From Lama glama (Eukaryota): a stretch of DNA of 64,000 nt. Made by a program: the position numbers and the translations under genes. Positions 37,459 through 50,670 of this stretch are shown here, piece after piece; positions within the stretch are counted from its first letter, which is position 1, and every line of letters begins with the position of its first letter. The notes under the pieces were generated by a model, which made no database searches, had not been told where the DNA came from, and worked only from the letters and a program-made list of their open reading frames with translations. The stretch is from contig CM052829.1 in the NCBI GenBank assembly GCA_028534125.1, positions 55,118,001-55,182,000 on the forward strand, read 5' to 3'.

Positions 37459-40322
37459 CCCAAAATGAGATAAATACTCAGAGCTAATGCTAAGAAGAGA
37501 AAGGATCATCAAAGTCACAAGGAATATTTATCTCAAGAAACTGTCCCCTAGGCTCATAGCAGCTTTGGGAACAGCCCTTCAGCTCCAGAACAGTCAATGT
37601 GTTTGACAGCAGTCAGTGTGGTGCAGCCTGCATCACCGAACATGGAACATGGGTGGGGGAACTACAGCCATCCCCAGGCCAGCCTTCTCCCACTTCTATT
37701 CATCTTGTCATCACTGGGAGGATGGGGTAAAGTGCTAACTCCCAGGCCCCACCGCCAGAGACGCTGAGTAGGACAGGATGCCGCATTTCTGCATTTATCA
37801 CAACTCTTTAAAAATACTGCTCTCAGGAAATTAGTCTAGAAGAAACACTCAAAGCCCAAGTGGAGAGGCAGCGAGTAAGCTGAGTATGATGTTATGATGC
37901 CTGCTGGGGTGGAAGCTGCCATGTGTGATCAGGAAGTTCAGTGGCAAGAGGCAGAGAGCAGGGAGCATGGGGAGGACCAGGAGGACTGGCTGGGCATGGA
38001 TATGGGCACACAGTTGGGCGACAGGACAGGAGGAGGGGTGCTACTTGGATGACCACCTTCAAAGGAAGCCAGCCCTAGAGGGCCCGGGGTTGTGGGATAC
38101 CCAGGTGGCAGAAGCCCGGGGGTCCTGGACACCTGTTCCAGAGATCCAGGGAGGGTAAATCAATCACAGAGAGCCCCCAGCTTTGCTTTCCTTCCAGGTG
38201 GCTTTGTTTGCTTCTGGACTAATTTTTTTTTTTCCTGTTACCATCAACCCAAGTAAAGTAGAAGCACTACTGATTATCACCTGAAGTCCAGGGCTTGAGG
38301 GGGCTAGCGGTGATGGTGGTGGTGGTGGTGTGGACCTGGCATTGCTGCGGTGGCATCTGGTATCTAGACTGAAGAGGAGCAACGTGACCCGAGAAGAGGA
38401 AGCCCCTGTTTTCGTAAAGACGCAGTCAGTGTCCCTTGACTACTTTTCATTGTTTTTCTGTTCTCGTCGATCTGTTGTTAGATTCACCTCTGCCCTGATG
38501 ACTGAATGCCATGATCCCAGGCCAGGCAAATGTTTGATGGTTTGTTTGATTGTCACGTGCATGACACAAACCTTTTCTGCTTTGCCTGAGACTCATTTTT
38601 GCCATCACTGGGAGTCTCGGCAATATGGAGACAGACTTTTCAGCCTGGGACTTTACCCTAGTTCCTAGCCACTAGGGTTTCTAATATTTCACATTTTCCC
38701 TCTGGCAGGTACTTTTCCACCATGCATGGGAGGGAACTGTGCCTGCACTGAAATCGGAAGGGAGCCTTGTGACTTCTGAACCTCGCCTCAACCTCAGGCC
38801 TTATCTGAAATTGGATCCAACTTAAGAATTTTAAAGCTCACCAAAGAAAAATCAGGGATGAGCATGACAAGTTCTCCGTCCAGAGTCCATGCCCACGTCG
38901 GGCTGCTAAAATGAGGCTGTTATTAGTTATTGTTCAGATTGATCGGATGGCGAGTGCTCCGGATTACATAAATGGGGAGAGAAATGTCGAGGGGAGCACT
39001 CAGTTGACAGAACTTTCTTTCCCGCCCCTTTTTTTCCGCCTTGACTTATATGCCCCAGCCCTTTTTTCCACACCTTGTTACTTGATCATTTATCTAAGAG
39101 GAAGAGTTGCTAAACCATCAGGCAGGTCCAATGCATCGAAAAGGGCTGGGTAGCCGCGAGCACCATATTTTCCACTTGCTGCAGATCACTGAGGAAGGCC
39201 CACCTTCCAGGGCAGGCCGGTGGGGGGTCTCCTTATCCTCTTCCCGCTCTCCCGGCTCTATGACAGGCAAGCCCTTTCTGTTAGGAAGAAGCTTTGAGGC
39301 CCCTTTTTGGCCTTCAGCCTAAGTCACGTGCTCCAGTTCAATTTAACCAAAGATAGCTTGCTCGGGGCACATGGGGTGGTAACAGTATAAGTGGACGATT
39401 GCTCAGCCACTAGTAAACCTGGTTATGATTCCCACACTGCTGATCTTTGTATATATAATTCCATCAGAAGGAAGGGTCGGTCTTAGGATTCAGGCACCAC
39501 GTTCTCTGCCTTGAATCTGTATCAGAATTCTCCCACAGTCATTGAATGAATATTTACTAAAAATCTCTTTGTGACTCTTTTAAGTCCCATGTGGTTTTTA
39601 CCTCCACTCTCTAAGGAAAATCCACACTGTACCTGATAAAAAGGCTAGGATATTTTCTACCACATTAGCTGCCGGCTTGCAGTGTGCAAGGTGGCCCACT
39701 TAAGAACATCACGTGTGGTTGGTGTGCATCATTTCCAAATGATGCGTGCAAACTTTGCTTTTAGCCTCGTAGTGAGACTGTAAGAACCTGGTGTATTTCA
39801 GAGACTTTATTTAGCAGAGTTCACCATCCTTACCAACTTAGACATGAGCTCATCACTGAGAAGTTTCCAAAGTATTAGGGTCTTAGAGGTGATCTGGGCT
39901 ATATCCCGCCCTTCTCAAGAATTCCTTCTGCTCCATCCCTGATAGCTGGGGTGACCAGCATCTACACACACTTCCATGCCCACAGTACCTAAAGAATATC
40001 AATATAATCTGTAAAGTTATGGTTTTTTAATGTCTGAAGGAAATATAGTAGAATTTGAAACTATAAAAAATTTATGTGGTAGGAACACGATTGTTTGAGA
40101 TTTGATATAGTATTCCATGAATGCCTGAAATATTTTATAATGAGAAAAAAGATTATAGTTGCTGATTATAAAAATAAAACACAAAATGAAACTAATATTT
40201 CTATTAATTACCTGAATTGCAGCTCTATAGGCACACACTGAAAATGTACTCAATACCTATGTCCCTTGAATTAAGGATATTCCATAATTTCTCATTATTT
40301 ACCCCAAGAGTATCACACGATA

Positions 40323-40640
40323 CAGTNNNNNNNNNNNNNNNNNNNNNNNNNNNNNNNNNNNNNNNNNNNNNNNNNNNNNNNNNNNNNNNNNNNNNNNNNN
40401 NNNNNNNNNNNNNNNNNNNNNNNNNNNNNNNNNNNNNNNNNNNNNNNNNNNNNNNNNNNNNNNNNNNNNNNNNNNNATATGTAATATCTAACACAATGTA
40501 ACTCTTATGTAAATAGTTGTAAATGTTATGTAAATAGTTGCCATGTGGCAAATTCATTTTTTGCTTCTTGGAATCTTCTGGGATTTTTTTTCAAATATTT
40601 TCCATCCGTGATCACCTGAGTCTGTGGCTAGGGATTCGGG
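40323..40640. mobile_element. Tigger2/MER2-family TcMar element spanning a gap
   Basis: TA|CAGT start just before the gap. After the gap 'atgtaaatagttg...ggcaaattca..ttttgct...aaatattttccatccgtg...ggaggaccaacta'. Confidence 0.65.
40327..40476. other. Assembly gap (150 N)
   Basis: Run of N. Confidence 1.
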
Positions 40641-41822
40641 CTGAAATGGAGGACCAACTATTCTTAGCTGCCTGATACAGTTTCTATTCATCATGAGTAT
40701 GTACGGGGTCTTTAAAAATCACTGTTACCTGTTTCTTTTTCCCCCTTAAAAGACCCACATCTATACTAGCCCAGGCAGATGGCAGTCTCTGCATTCTCCA
40801 TCTTCTGGAGGGCAGCATGGGGGATTCACAGTTCTCGGTGCCCACAAGTCCTTCCCATTCCTCTTGTTCTAGTTAAGGTTCCTCTCCTCTCCTAGCCTGG
40901 AAACAGGGAAAAACTGAGCACTGTTCTCTGTAAAAGTAACATTTCATGTACCGTGTATGTTATTTAAAAGGTTAGATTATCCTCAAAACATTGCATTCCA
41001 CGAGATAAAGAGTCCACAGTAGATCCAGCTAAAGGAGGAGGGTTGAATAGAATGCATGGACGTATCGATTATTTTAATATAGGAAGTGATTCTCGTTGGA
41101 AACGGCCCCGGGATCCTTTTTTCCCTCACACTCCTGTCTCACCTTTCCTACCATCCAAACCATCACTCTAACATCAACCTCCTCTGCTAAGTGCACTGAT
41201 TATCAGTCTAAATTGTTGGTTTTGTATGAAACCCACCACCCATCCTTCTGCAGATTTAGACTGGTTTTCCTGGAGAGCTGAACCTGGATCTTATTCACCT
41301 TCATGTGCACCAGCTCTGTACCAGCTACAGAGTAGGTGTTCCAGAAATACCCACTAGTTGGAAAAAAATAAATGAACAGATCAATGAATCAGAAACACCT
41401 AAGTGCAACCATTATATTAATCAGAAATGCCTAACTCATCCCACTGGGTTGTGTTAAAACCAAGCAGATTATAACGATTTTCCAGCTACCAATGTTGAGC
41501 TCTTCACACTGGGCTCATGGATTTACCTGTAATCTGCCCTTCAGTTCCCACTCCTCCTAGAAGGTAACTCAGGCTGAGAGAGAGGATCAGGAGAGGTTAA
41601 AAGAACAGCTCTTAACATCCCCACCCTTTGTAGTGTTGTCCTAATCTTACCCTCCCTGCCTTTTAATCATGTAGGTCCTGCAGTCGCGCAGGTTTTTGTG
41701 GTCCTGGTGGGCAGCATTCAAGGCGCCAAGACTGAGGAAGTCAGCCAGCTGACCTTGCGCTGAACCGGCCTCCTCCTCCATCTCTTTGTCCTGGGCCAAG
41801 GCTGGTGTATTCCGGTTCCCGT

Positions 41823-41836
41823 GCGCCACCTGCTGG
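41823..41836 (-). promoter_or_regulatory. CTCF binding motif (perfect core, reverse orientation)
   Basis: Minus strand CCAGCAGGTGGCGC is a 14/14 match to CCASYAGRKGGCRS, inside a CpG-retaining unique patch (41680-41890). Confidence 0.65.
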
Positions 41837-44800
41837 TCTCCCAAGTCCCTGCTTCCACAGTGCCTCGGCAGTGCCATGTTGTGCCGGGAGAAAGGGAAGG
41901 AGGAGCCCTGTCACAGCAGGGGCTCCAAGCCACCCAGGAATCTATTCTAGGGTGTGAATCAGTTCATTCTTACTACACGTCAGTAGTGGTGATGAGGGGG
42001 CTGAGGACGGAGGAGAGAAGTCTCTCCCCAAGGCCTAGATCTGTGTGTAGGACTGCTCAGTCCTTCTCAAAACATTCTTTAACTATGCATCCTTGGAACA
42101 TCCACGAAAGGATGCTTAGAAGAAAGCAGGAGAAATCTCTGTACCCCATAATGAACACATGTCTGGGATGAATGGGTCAGATCAAGTGAGAAAGGGTGAT
42201 GTGGATGTTTGGGCAAATGTCTGCCTTTCCCTCTAGCAGAAAATAAACAGAGGAGGAAGGGAGGGGGGAAAAGGACAAAAGAAGAGAAAAATATACTTTC
42301 ATTTTTTAAAAATTGCTTAATATACATTTAATGATTTCTAAACACTCTCTGAGCTGAAAATGTTGAGGATTTATTTTTTACTTTTTTTATTTCTGGAGTT
42401 TTATATGAAAGTAATAAACCATAAAAATCATTGATCGCAAGCTTATTCCAATTAGAAGCACTCACCAAGGCAGAAGGTGATGACCTACAGAGGCCGGGGT
42501 ATTGATCTGGCGGCAGCAACTCTAGGCTCAGAGCTGTGATCCAGTGGGCTTCTTTAGAAGTTCCCCGAGTCTGCATTATGACCTCTGCTAGTTTGGGTTT
42601 CAGAGCTAACATTCAGCATGAATGGTTCTGTAAAGAGTATTCTCACATCTCCTCCCATGGATTCTTCATCTAGATCAATGTTAGGAACATTTCAGAATTT
42701 CCAGAGACATGTGCCTTCGCCTTCTGTTTTAAGAAGTATTTATTTCTTGCACACTGTGATAGCTGCCAAACATTACTTTTATGTAAAAATCCTTTCCCTC
42801 CTGAATGTCTTCCCCTGCTCTTTTCTCCTGGGCCCCAGGCTCGAAGATGTTGTATACGGAAGCCCTGTCAAAGACGATTCAAGAGTGCTTCTCTTTTCTT
42901 TCTCAGAGGCCAGAAGAGCTGCTTCCTCAGCATCTCAGACCGTTCTTCCCCACTCTCCTCCTGCCTGAGCCCTAGCCAAACTCTGCCCGCTGAACAATAG
43001 GTCTGAACGAAGTCTGAAGCCCCATCCCCCACAGAAGCCTCAGAAATGCTGCCGTTAAAAATCTGAAGAGGAAATCAAGATATCGGCTCTTTTCTTGGCC
43101 CTCTGGGTTATCGTGAAGGCAAGTCATTTTCCTCTGTATCTAGGTTTCTCTGGTTTTAAAATGAGGACACCAGTACTGGAATTGCAGTGTTGCTGATATC
43201 CTACAGTGATAGTTAATATTTACAGAGTGATGACCGTGTGCTGGGCGCTGTGCTAACGAGGGTTATCTCAATTAGTTCTCATAGAACTATGCAAGATAAA
43301 TAGTCTGATTATCTCCACGTCACAGGTGAGGACAGAGGAACTACAGTGGGTTAAAGCACCTTGTTTATTGTTTCTACAGCATCCATCCTTCAATGTAAAT
43401 AAACACTTCCTATGTGCCTGCCAATAAGCTGGATTCTGGGAGCCCAGGACTAAATACAAACAGAATTCCTTCCTTTTTAGTTTCTCACAGGCTAGAAGAG
43501 GGACCAGAAAGGTAAACTCTCAGGTGCCAAGGTTTGAAAGAAGTACACGTCACATGGAGCCGGGACTCCTGGAAAGGACTGGGAAATCTTTGGGGGTGTC
43601 AGAGAAACTGACATGGTGAGTGGTCTCTTACGGGAAGTCCTCAGCAGAGAGGGAAGAGGAACCGTAGAATCCTGGTGACTACAGGGGGCCTCTAAAGACA
43701 TCTACGCCCATTTTCCATTTTCAGATGACAACTCTGAGATCCTGTATTGGGGGTGCTGACCTGCCCCAGTGCATACAACCATATCACCTACAGAAGGGTC
43801 CCGTGCCTGGGAAGCAATCAGGAAAAGCTGGATGTATATTTGTGAAATTCAAGTGAGTGGTAGGTACCTCTCTCACTATTTCTGCAAATATTCAGACCTC
43901 AAAGGCTTTTATACTTAATGAAAGGATTTCCTCACCTAGTTTGACTCCTGCTTGAGTTCCGATTGACTTACTGATTGAATTCCTTCTAAAGACCAGACTT
44001 TTCTATCTTCCTACTTAGCTTTGTGTGGAGGGTCATCTAAGTGCCTTAGGGTGTCGTGTCGTCCTCATCAAGGACCAGAAACAGGTTTGGAGAAGTCTGG
44101 GGGACACTTATCTGTGGCCTGGTCTGGGAAGCTTGGTGGTTAGGCCATGGCGGCAGGGAGGTAATGACCATCATGCATCTTCTGGGGACGAGACAACTCT
44201 GGATACTTCAAGTGTGTGCCCTCATTTGAGATGAACAAGCACTAGGCAAAGTGCCTCTTGTGATCCTTCATTTGAGGCTCCAAGGAGAGGAAAAATTTGC
44301 ACAGAGGACCCAGTTGGTGACTGGCAGAGTCAGGACTGGGAACCAGGTCAGCTGGATCTCAGAGCCTGGGATCATTTCCTACCTGACACGCCTCTCTCTG
44401 CCCAGGCCATGGCATTTCCAAATGAGTCCCCAACAGATGCCAGATTTATGAGCAAAGATGGATTGACGATATAGCATGTTCCCATGACAGGAAGAACAAC
44501 TCCAAGTGCACGTCTTAATAACAGTGCCTCTGCAGTGTCATCTCTGTATCCAAGGACAACATAACCCCCCCAGTAGACAACAGTTACAGGAAACTACTTG
44601 GTGCTGCGCTGGGCACTCTATATACAAGATCTTGTTTCATCTTGTTATTCTGTCTCTCTCATACATGGTTAAGTAAGTGCCCCAAAGACACAAGTAAAAC
44701 CAAGTCATTCAACCCCAGAATTCAAGTTGAATGACTGTACCCCTGGCCATTGTTGTCCCTGCCTCTTCATGAAGAAAAAAACATCAGTGGGCCCATTATC

Positions 44801-45109
44801 CCAAAAATGCCACCATGAGGCAGCCAATCTCCATGCCTTGTGGATTTTTCTAGTTCTAATTTCCAGGTCCTGCTTCAGTTACCTGTATGGATGGTAACAG
44901 CCTGATGCACTGGTATGAATAAAACAGATCCCCCATCCCTAAGCAATCCTAAGCGCTGTGATGAACTCCAGGTAAATGAGAAGAGCCTGAGCATTTTGAA
45001 GTGGAGCCTATGAAACTGATTGGGTTTATAATCAGAAGAGAGAAAGCACAGGCTTTAGGAAGGCTCACTTCTCACGGGCCCTTCCCATGACAATGTGCTT
45101 TCATCAGTT

Positions 45110-45340
45110 CCTAACGGAAAAGGTACAGATGCTGGAGTTCAGGTCTTGGTTCCATCCCCAGCCAGCTGAGCGACCCAGGTCAGCTAACTCCGTCTCCTTG
45201 AGCTTCAGTCTCCCCACTGCGCACAGCGGGCATAGGATAGTAGTACCTACTGGATGGGCGGGGACGGAGCAAGACTGCCCATGTGAAGGGCCTGGTATTG
45301 TGCCTGACACCCAGAAAATGATCAAATACATGTTCATTAA
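45110..45340 (+). mobile_element. MIR SINE
   Basis: 'ttggttccatccccagc...tgagcttcagtctcccca...atagtagtacctac...gtgcctgacacccag'. Confidence 0.7.
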
Positions 45341-48300
45341 AAAATAAAGCGGGAGCTAGTTTCCAGGGCTGGCCAGGAGTCCTTGATCACCAGGCTGGGA
45401 GTGTCCGCCCAGTGCCACCTCCTGCGCCTATGCTGGCACCGGGGGTCCCTATGTCCATGCTGGGGCAGGTGGCTTTCCCCGCATCTTCGAAATCGGGGAA
45501 ATAAAGCCTGGAAGCCGACCGAGCGCTGCCTTTCTCCAGCATCAGCTTTGTCAGGCCCCCTGCTTCTGATTGAGAATCTCATTTCTCAGCTCTCAGTCAG
45601 GTGGTCTGTGGGGTGAGGGAGACGAGGGGGCCGGAAAAGCAACAGCCCTGGTCTCAGGGTTGACGGCTTCCAATCCCGCAGGGGTTCAACTACCTTCAGA
45701 TTTATGGGCCCATAACCGTCCAGAACTGCCTTCTGCCTGAGTCCAGTGCCGCCTCAGGGCCCAGGGGGCTCCTGGCTGATGCTGTTTGTGAACCTCTTTA
45801 TCTCTCTAATGCCATGTTCCCTAAATCTGCAGTATTAAAATGATGAGAAAGGGCGGAGGAGGGTGATTCATGCCCCGGTTACATTGACAATGAAATTCAT
45901 CGAAATCAAATTTCTCCCAAGCATGCCAACAACATCCCGACTGGTGCCTGTCTCAGCTCTAGGGCTGGGTTTGTTTGGTTTCTACAATGATTTTTCTTTT
46001 TAATGTCATTATTTTTATTATTTTCGCCTAATGTTTTTATAATGTGCTTACTGCAGAGGTTGCTCCGGGCCGCCAGCTCTCTGGGGTTGGGGATGGGGGA
46101 TGAGGATGGGCAGTTTGTTAACTCCCAAAGCTGTTCTTTTGCACATCCCTCCAACCACCAGAAGGGACAGAGTCCCAGCCCTCTCCCCTTCCCCAGCCCT
46201 GTCCTGACAGGGAACCCAACACCAAACACTGAATCTTCTGCACACCGAGTCAAACCCCAGGATTAACTAGTGAACCCATCCGACCCTCCCCTTCACCTAC
46301 CCACCTTCCATTCTTCCACTTAAATATCTCTGGATACTTCTTTCTTTGTATGTCATGGCTTCTAGCCCCATCTCCCACCCTCCCACCCTGGAAAGCCACC
46401 CCCTCCCCTGTTTGCCAATATTCCTCTTAAAATGGGACACTGAGAAAGGCAGAATAAAGGCAGCACATCTGTATCATGGAATAGTAAGCATCATTTTTTT
46501 AATACTTTAGCTCTTTATAGATTAACCCAGAGAAGTGTCGATGCCATATCCTTAATTGAAAGAAAGTTGGAGAGTAATGAGTTTTGCAGGGTCCACTTTA
46601 TTAAAAAAAAATTCCTTTAAAATCTTACACACATATGGGTTTGTTTTGATATATCAGTGTGAGTAACAGTGTGGAAGGATGCGCCCCAGGCTATTAGCAT
46701 GAGTTACTTGGTTTAGGGGATGTTGGAAGGGGAAATAGTGGTTTTCCAAGTACAAATAATCGTGTTTCATTAGCTGCAGTTAACCCTTGTTACTCCTGTA
46801 ATTTCTGAAGAAGAATTTGGTAAAAGAATTTTCAATCAATCAATAAGTGATATAGACTTTGATTTTTAGTTTAAATGTGACAGACATCCAGAGTCCTGTG
46901 CAGGGCTCATTGGCGAGGACGCTGACTGTGCGTCTATTTCTGCAGCCTAATTTGCATCCTCTTTGTGGTTAATTCATACTGGGGCTGCAGTCCTTAGTTG
47001 TTCTTGTTAGAATTGCTACAAAGATGGATCCCTTCCTTCCATCCTATAAACTTTTGAAGCAGGTTTATTTTTTTTCATAAGTGCGGGACCTTAAATTTCT
47101 TCTTATTAAATTTTTCGTGTTGGTTTTGCCCTTGTGTTCCACTTGTCAAGATCTTTTAAAAATCTGATCTTCTTAGCTAGCCTCCTAGCCATTCTGCCCC
47201 GCTTCAGGCCACTGAGGGTTTGATCAGCAGATCTTTTATGTCTTAGTCCAAGTCCCTGATGAAAATGTCCAACAGGACAGAGCCCAGGGCACAGTCTTGC
47301 ACTTGCCCATTTTAGATGAATAAATACAAATATTTTGTATTTGTCTTTCAATGAATTCCGTTCATTGTGTGCAAGGCTCCTAATAGAGAGATCTGTATGG
47401 GGCAGATCAATAACCATCGCTGCCATCTGACTTCGTGATGATAACAATAAACACTAATCACAGTCCAACTTGAGCCAACGTGAGAGCACCACAGTGTGAG
47501 TCAGAGCCGTGGAACAGATGGCTCTGTCCACATCTGCTCTGAGGCATCCAGATGGGAGTAGGAGGTGGGCTGGGGGGCGGGGGTGGGGGAGCAGACTGTG
47601 GGGTAGGGGTGAGGGAGGAGGGAGCAGGCAGGTGAAGGCAGCCAAGGGAGGGCTTCAGGGACCAGGCTCCCAAATCAATCTCCGCGATTGTGTGTTTAAT
47701 GTGCGAGCAGCACGCAACAGCTGCCGACGGCTCCCATCCGTGACAGTACAACTGTATGACAAATCCTCCCCGTCATACTTAGAGAGCCGTGTCTTCTGCT
47801 TTTTGGTTAATGGACCTTGGACGCGCCCACTCAAATAGCTTCTTCCCAGGCCTTACGGGTCTTTGTCACCGGTGTGTGGTCATGTTTCTCTTCTCCGCGT
47901 GGTTGTTTCCTCGGTGCTAGAACTGAGCAAGAGGCCCATACTGCCCTGTCCCTCCCCGAGACTCCTCTGCAGCCTTCCAGAAGCTGCCATACTCCTTGAG
48001 CCTCAGTACATCACCTTACACAAAGGATAAGCCTTCTGCGTGATAGAAGGTGCGAATTCAAGCCGTCCTTGTTGGTGATGTAGATTGGAGCAACATTTAA
48101 GCCTCTCTGTGTCTCAGTGTCGCTGACTGAAAAAAAGGAATTTCGTGACTGCAGCTTTTTTCTCAGACTAAATGAGATAGTATGTGACAGGCAGGCAGAT
48201 GCTAAATAAGCAGGAGCTGCATCTGCGGCTGGAACCTGCAGAAGACACAGGCAGGACTCATTCCAGACTTCTGGCTTCAACTCTTTGCAAGCACGGGAAG

Positions 48301-48504
48301 GGCTAGCATCCTCAGTGCTCTGTCATGACTCCTCTTGGCCTCCTGAGGACGCGCTGAGAACTCTGTGCAGGAATCTCACTGCTGCACTGCTTTCACTTCA
48401 TTCACCCAACATTTACTGACTGTCAACTCTGCAAACACTGGACTAGGCCCGAGGCATACAAAGATGATTGAGGCAAGACCCTGGCACTCAAGTAACTCAG
48501 TCTA

Positions 48505-48541
48505 GTGCCCAGGATCCACAATAAGAAATGTTCCTAGACCC

Positions 48542-48580
<39 letters not shown>

Positions 48581-48730
48581 CCAGCAGCAGCAGAAGCAGC
48601 AACAGCTAAAGTCCACATACTAGACCCTTACTGAATGAAATATACTTGATATTTTCTGTTCTATTTCATTTTAAAAATTGATTTCACCACCTACTAATGA
48701 TATATTGACACACAGTTTTAAAAACTCCAC
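48505..48730. mobile_element. hAT-Charlie (Charlie4-like) fragment carrying (CA)n at 48545-48579
   Basis: 'gacccagtacacacac...tgatattttctgttctatttcatttt..aaattgatttcacc...cacagttttaaaaac'. Confidence 0.55.
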
Positions 48731-50202
48731 TCTGGAGCTGGATAGATGTGCGAGGTTCTGTTATCAGTGTTTCCTAGACCGCGGTGGGAAGGCCAAGCGA
48801 GGAGGGCCTGGGGGAAGACCCAGGCCCCAGGCTTGCAGATGACTCGGAGGTGCACAGGGCCCTTGGTGTTTCTGAAGAGGCAACAGCGTGGGCAAAGGCA
48901 CAGAAGAATGAAAGCAGGAGTGCTCAGGGAATTCCGACAAGATCTGAATAGGTAGAACATGGGAAGCTTTGGGGAACATGGGAGAAACACAAAGCTGTAG
49001 AGAGAAATTCTTCAATAAGCAAAGATTAAGGGTTCCACTGATTGAACCCTCAGGGGAACAGATTTCTACTGCGAAGCAAGAAACCCAGTCCAGCATACAG
49101 TCTAGGCTCTGGGAGATGAGATTTCAGGGGAAGAAGAAAGTGGATACATTTTTGAAAGTGAAATAGATCACAAAATATTCATGCCCTGTATTTAAAATGT
49201 AAAATGTCTTGGGTGTTGCTGATTGTTTGGCAGGATGAGGACATGGCGTCCCAGTGAGTGCTGGGCTGCGTGGAGGTGCCTGCTGCGTGCTGGAGCACCC
49301 ACCTTGGGACTGGGGCACCCCGAGGTCCTTTTAGCAGAAGGCGTGTCTGCATCACTGACAGCAATCCATCAGCCCAGTCAAGTTTGTCCTAAGGAGCTTT
49401 GCGGCCTGCTAAAGCGTTTGGACATTCATCTGGCCAAGGAGGCCACTGGAAGATTCAACGCAAGAGCGTAGCTAAAAATCGGGAGAAGAATCAGTATTGC
49501 TGTCGTCGCAGATGGAGCGGAAGGAAGGATTGGCTGGGGGCAGGTCAACCAGATGAACTTACTAGTTCACGAGCTAGTGATAGGAGCTTGAAAGAGAACA
49601 GAGTTGAGGAGGAAGAAAAGGAGAAGATGACTTAGGAAATAGAAATTTGGGGACTCGACATGATTCAGGGACTGATTCACCATACGGCATGCAAGAAGGA
49701 GAATCCCAGGATGATGCAAGTACTAACTTGGGTGGCTGGGAGGATGGTGGAACTCCCCGAAGAGCAGATGTGGGGTATCTGGGGAAGAAACAGGAGGATC
49801 GGGACAGTACAAAGACACTGTGTGGGACACAGGTTGGTGTCCTATGCATTACCATAGCCGGAGAAAGAATTATCTCCTACCGATAGGCCCATATATCCAG
49901 GAATTGTGAAGCTCCCCTCCCTCCTGGACACCCTAAGGTCAGAGTCAGAGCCAGGAGGAAGGGCAGGTGTCTGCTGGCCATTGTGCATATAATGACACCA
50001 GATGCAGTGAGGATTCTTGGGGGCTTCCAAGCAATTTCTCTCTCTAGTTGATCACAGACCTAGGTGATTATAGGAGAAGAGCAGAAGGAAGCATGTGTCA
50101 GCTGTGCCTCCGGAAAAATCTCCTTATCACTGGAGACCCAGGCATGCAGGATCTAGAGACCATTCAGCTTCTCCCCAGACCCAGAGTTGGAAGGATGACA
50201 TC

Positions 50203-50670
50203 TGTAGTGGGTTTGAATTATGTTTCCCAAAAAGATACAACCAAGTCCTAACCCCCTGTACCTGTGAATGAGACTTTATTTGGATACAGGGTCTTGCAAG
50301 AGGCAATTAAGGAGAGATGAGACCATCCCAGACTTAGGGTGCCAGCCCAAATCCAATGACGAGAGCCCTTATCAGGGAAGGGAAAGGGGGGTTAAGACAC
50401 ACAGACACAGAGACACGGAGAGAAGCCAGCCAGGAGAAGACGGAGGCAGAGATTGGGGTGATCATCAGCTAGCCGAGATGGGTGCCGGCTGCCCCAGACG
50501 CCAGCAGGGAGGCAGGGAACTGACTCTCCCTCTGAGCCTCAGGCTGGAACCAACCCTGTCTGCACCCTGATTTGAGGTTTCTGGTCACAACTGTAAAATA
50601 ATAAATGTCTGTTGTTGTTAGCCACATGTTGGTGATAATTTGTTAGCCTGGGCTCCAGGCAACCAAGACA
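50203..50670 (+). mobile_element. MLT1B/C-like (ERVL-MaLR) solo LTR
   Basis: TG...CA termini, 'gtcctaaccccctgtacctgtgaatg', 'ctaaatccaatgac'-like and 'ggaaccaaccctg' motifs. Flanks acatc/atgtc. Confidence 0.9.

Noticed and set aside
38952-39001. 9-bp inverted repeat GAGTGCTCC/GGAGCACTC as a pre-miRNA
   Set aside because: The stem is too short, the loop is unpaired, and there is no match to any miRNA I recognise.
41647-41877. 76-aa - strand ORF with a good Kozak (AACATGG) and a GG|GTAAG donor, as a first coding exon
   Set aside because: No recognisable protein and no compatible downstream exon found. The CpG content is explained by the CTCF site.
43310-43332. CAG|GTGAG junction (also at ~20310 and ~59184)
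   Set aside because: Derived from MIR/MLT1/L2-like sequence and lacking a polypyrimidine tract.
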